DNA of 7,777 nucleotides from a virus (Duplodnaviria; Heunggongvirae; Uroviricota; Caudoviricetes): IMG/VR virus record IMGVR_UViG_2703718812_000020, positions 1 to 7,777 of that record; one strand, 5' to 3'. Shown piece by piece: positions 6,441 to 7,777 of this stretch (position 1 is its first letter; each line of letters starts with the position of its first letter). The notes under the pieces were generated by a model. It saw only the letters and a program-made list of their open reading frames with translations, ran no database searches and was not told where the DNA came from. The position numbers and the translations under genes were made by a program.

Positions 6441-6626
6441 TTACTTAATTATGTAATTCATACCCGAACTCTCTGTTGACAGCCTTCTTCTGCAGGCTTC
6501 AATAACCCACGCTGAAAAATTACCTGAACCTTTCTGATCAAGAGCGATGTTAATTTGTTCAATCATTTGGTTAGGAAAGCGGATGTTGCGGGTTGTTGTT
6601 CTGCGGGTTCTGTTCTTTGATGACAT
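6441..6626 (-). CDS. small ribbon-helix-helix-like (Arc/MetJ/CopG-type) DNA-binding protein, 61 aa
   Basis: MSSKNRTRRTTTRNIRFPNQMIEQINIALDQKGSGNFSAWVIEACRRRL... has a basic N-tail, then a beta-strand-like IRFPNQMIEQI and two helix-like segments, which is the RHH layout. GGGGG RBS 7 nt upstream on the minus strand. I believe the same ORF is present near the right end of lambda, which suggests conservation. Confidence 0.5.
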   Translation of the reverse strand: MSSKNRTRRTTTRNIRFPNQMIEQINIALDQKGSGNFSAWVIEACRRRLSTESSGMNYIIK

Positions 6627-6779
6627 AATGTTGCCCCCATATTCAGTGTTGCTGATTTGTATTATCTGAAGTTGCTTTTACGTTAATTTGATGCAGATCA
6701 ATTAATACGATACCTGCGTCATAATTGATTATTTGACGTGGTTTGATGGCGTAGATGCACGTTGTGACATGTAGATGAT

Positions 6780-6860
6780 AATTATTATCATTTTGCGGGT
6801 CCTTTCCGGCGATCCGACAGGTTACGGGGCGGCGACCTCGCGGGTTTTCGCTATTTATGA
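6780..6860 (+). other. cos: lambda-type cohesive-end site: cosQ-side sequence, cosN with the 12-nt cohesive end GGGCGGCGACCT at 6827-6838, and the start of cosB
   Basis: gcgggtcctttccggcgatccgacaggttacg + gggcggcgacct + cgcgggttttcgctatttatga matches the lambda right-end/left-end junction as recalled. Sequence beyond about 6860 diverges from lambda cosB. Confidence 0.85.
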
Positions 6861-7053
6861 GATTTTTTGAGGGGGAGTTGTTGTTTAATTGTTTGGTATA
6901 TCTAATTGATAAGTAAGGTGAAAATAAAATAAATACAACAACCTTACGATGTGTTTTGATGTCGTCAATGCGAAAAATGTCAATGATATCAAATGGTTTT
7001 GTAAAAACACATGGTTGTTGTATCGCTTTTTATCGATGGCTTATGGAGAGGAG

Positions 7054-7560
7054 ATGGCCTTTTTATTGAATAAAAGTGATATGGCCTCCTCCATCGGTAT
7101 ATCTGTTCAGGCATTTGATAAATGGGGCGTTCCTCCTGTTGAGCGTCGGGGGAGGGAAGTTTTTTATGACGTTAAAACTGTACTGGAGATAGATCGCGAG
7201 CGGCGACAACACAATCAGAGAATACCTGATGACGAGGGCGATCTGGAGGAAAGGCTGCTTCGGGCCAGAGCTGAACTGACAGAAGAACAGGCCGTAGCTC
7301 AAAAACTTAAAAATCAGGTAACCGAAGGTAAGCTTATTGACACCGGATTCTGTATTTTTGCCCTCAGTAAGCTGGCAATGGCGTTATCCAGTACGCTTGA
7401 TTCCATCCCTTTATCCATGCAGCGACAGTTTCCTGATTTAACACCGCGCCATCTTGACCATCTGAAAACCCTTATTGCTAAGGGGGCAAATCAGTGTGCG
7501 CGGGCAGGGGATAAATTACCGGATTTACTTGATGAATATATCAGAGCAACAACTGAATAA
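7054..7560 (+). CDS. nu1: terminase small subunit (Nu1-like); alternative upstream starts at 7036 or 6949
   Basis: The C-terminal two-thirds (...TGFCIFALSKLAMALSSTLDSIPLSMQRQFPDLTPRHLDHLK...LPDLLDEYI) is close to lambda Nu1; the N-terminal DNA-binding region is diverged. GGAG lies 5 nt upstream of ATG 7054. Located just downstream of cos, as in lambda. Confidence 0.88.
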   Translation: MAFLLNKSDMASSIGISVQAFDKWGVPPVERRGREVFYDVKTVLEIDRERRQHNQRIPDDEGDLEERLLRARAELTEEQAVAQKLKNQVTEGKLIDTGFCIFALSKLAMALSSTLDSIPLSMQRQFPDLTPRHLDHLKTLIAKGANQCARAGDKLPDLLDEYIRATTE

Positions 7561-7777
7561 TATGATGAGCGCTGTCACAACTGCATTACAGCCCCTGATA
7601 AGGGCATTGCCGGTGACGCCAGTTGAATGGGCTGATCAAAATTATTATCTGCCTAAAGAATCTTCATATGGTGAGGGCGAATGGAAAACGCTGCCATTCC
7701 AGATCGCCATCATGAACAGCATGGGGAATGATCAGATCCGCACTGTTAATCTGATTAAATCTGCCCGTGTTGGCTAT
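7532..7777 (+). CDS. A: terminase large subunit (gpA-like), N-terminal 82 codons; truncated by the window end
   Basis: MNISEQQLNNMMSAVTTALQPLIRALPVTPVEWADQNYYLPKESSYGEGEWKTLPFQIAIMNSMGNDQIRTVNLIKSARVGY tracks lambda gpA (MNISNSQ...VEWADANYYLPKESAYQEGRWETLPFQRAIMNAMG...). The start overlaps the end of the small-subunit gene, as in lambda. Confidence 0.9.
   Translation, partial: MNISEQQLNNMMSAVTTALQPLIRALPVTPVEWADQNYYLPKESSYGEGEWKTLPFQIAIMNSMGNDQIRTVNLIKSARVGY

Noticed and set aside
7063-7302. Track ORF 7063..7302 (-)
   Set aside because: Antisense to the well-supported terminase small-subunit gene.
1-7777. Shiga toxin genes, CRISPR array or insertion sequence
   Set aside because: No regularly spaced direct repeats, no terminal inverted repeats flanking a transposase-like ORF, and no A/B toxin-like ORF pair upstream of the esterase.

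Overview
This window reads as the late region of a lambdoid (lambda / phage 21-like) prophage in an E. coli-like enterobacterium; all real genes but one are on the + strand. In order: the tail of an upstream ORF and a possible small membrane peptide (1-216); an intrinsic terminator (418-444); a NanS-p-type sialate O-acetylesterase moron whose N-terminus appears frameshifted (531-2380); an S21-like pinholin (2673-2879); an uncharacterised, AT-richer 329-aa ORF wedged between holin and endolysin (2884-3873); a SAR endolysin (3916-4449); a terminator (4540-4578); a tight array of four candidate hydrophobic micro-ORFs (4644-5090); Rz with embedded Rz1 (5092-5586); a coupled 74-aa ORF; an AT-rich non-coding stretch; a minus-strand ribbon-helix-helix-like ORF (6441-6626); a lambda-type cos site (cosN 6827-6838); the terminase small subunit (7054-7560) and the start of the large subunit (7532-7777, truncated). 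No tRNA, rRNA, CRISPR array, IS element or Shiga toxin genes were seen. The two candidates for something undescribed are the 329-aa ORF and the micro-ORF array; neither can be assigned a function from sequence alone. All homology statements are from memory of lambda and phage 21 sequences, not from a search.
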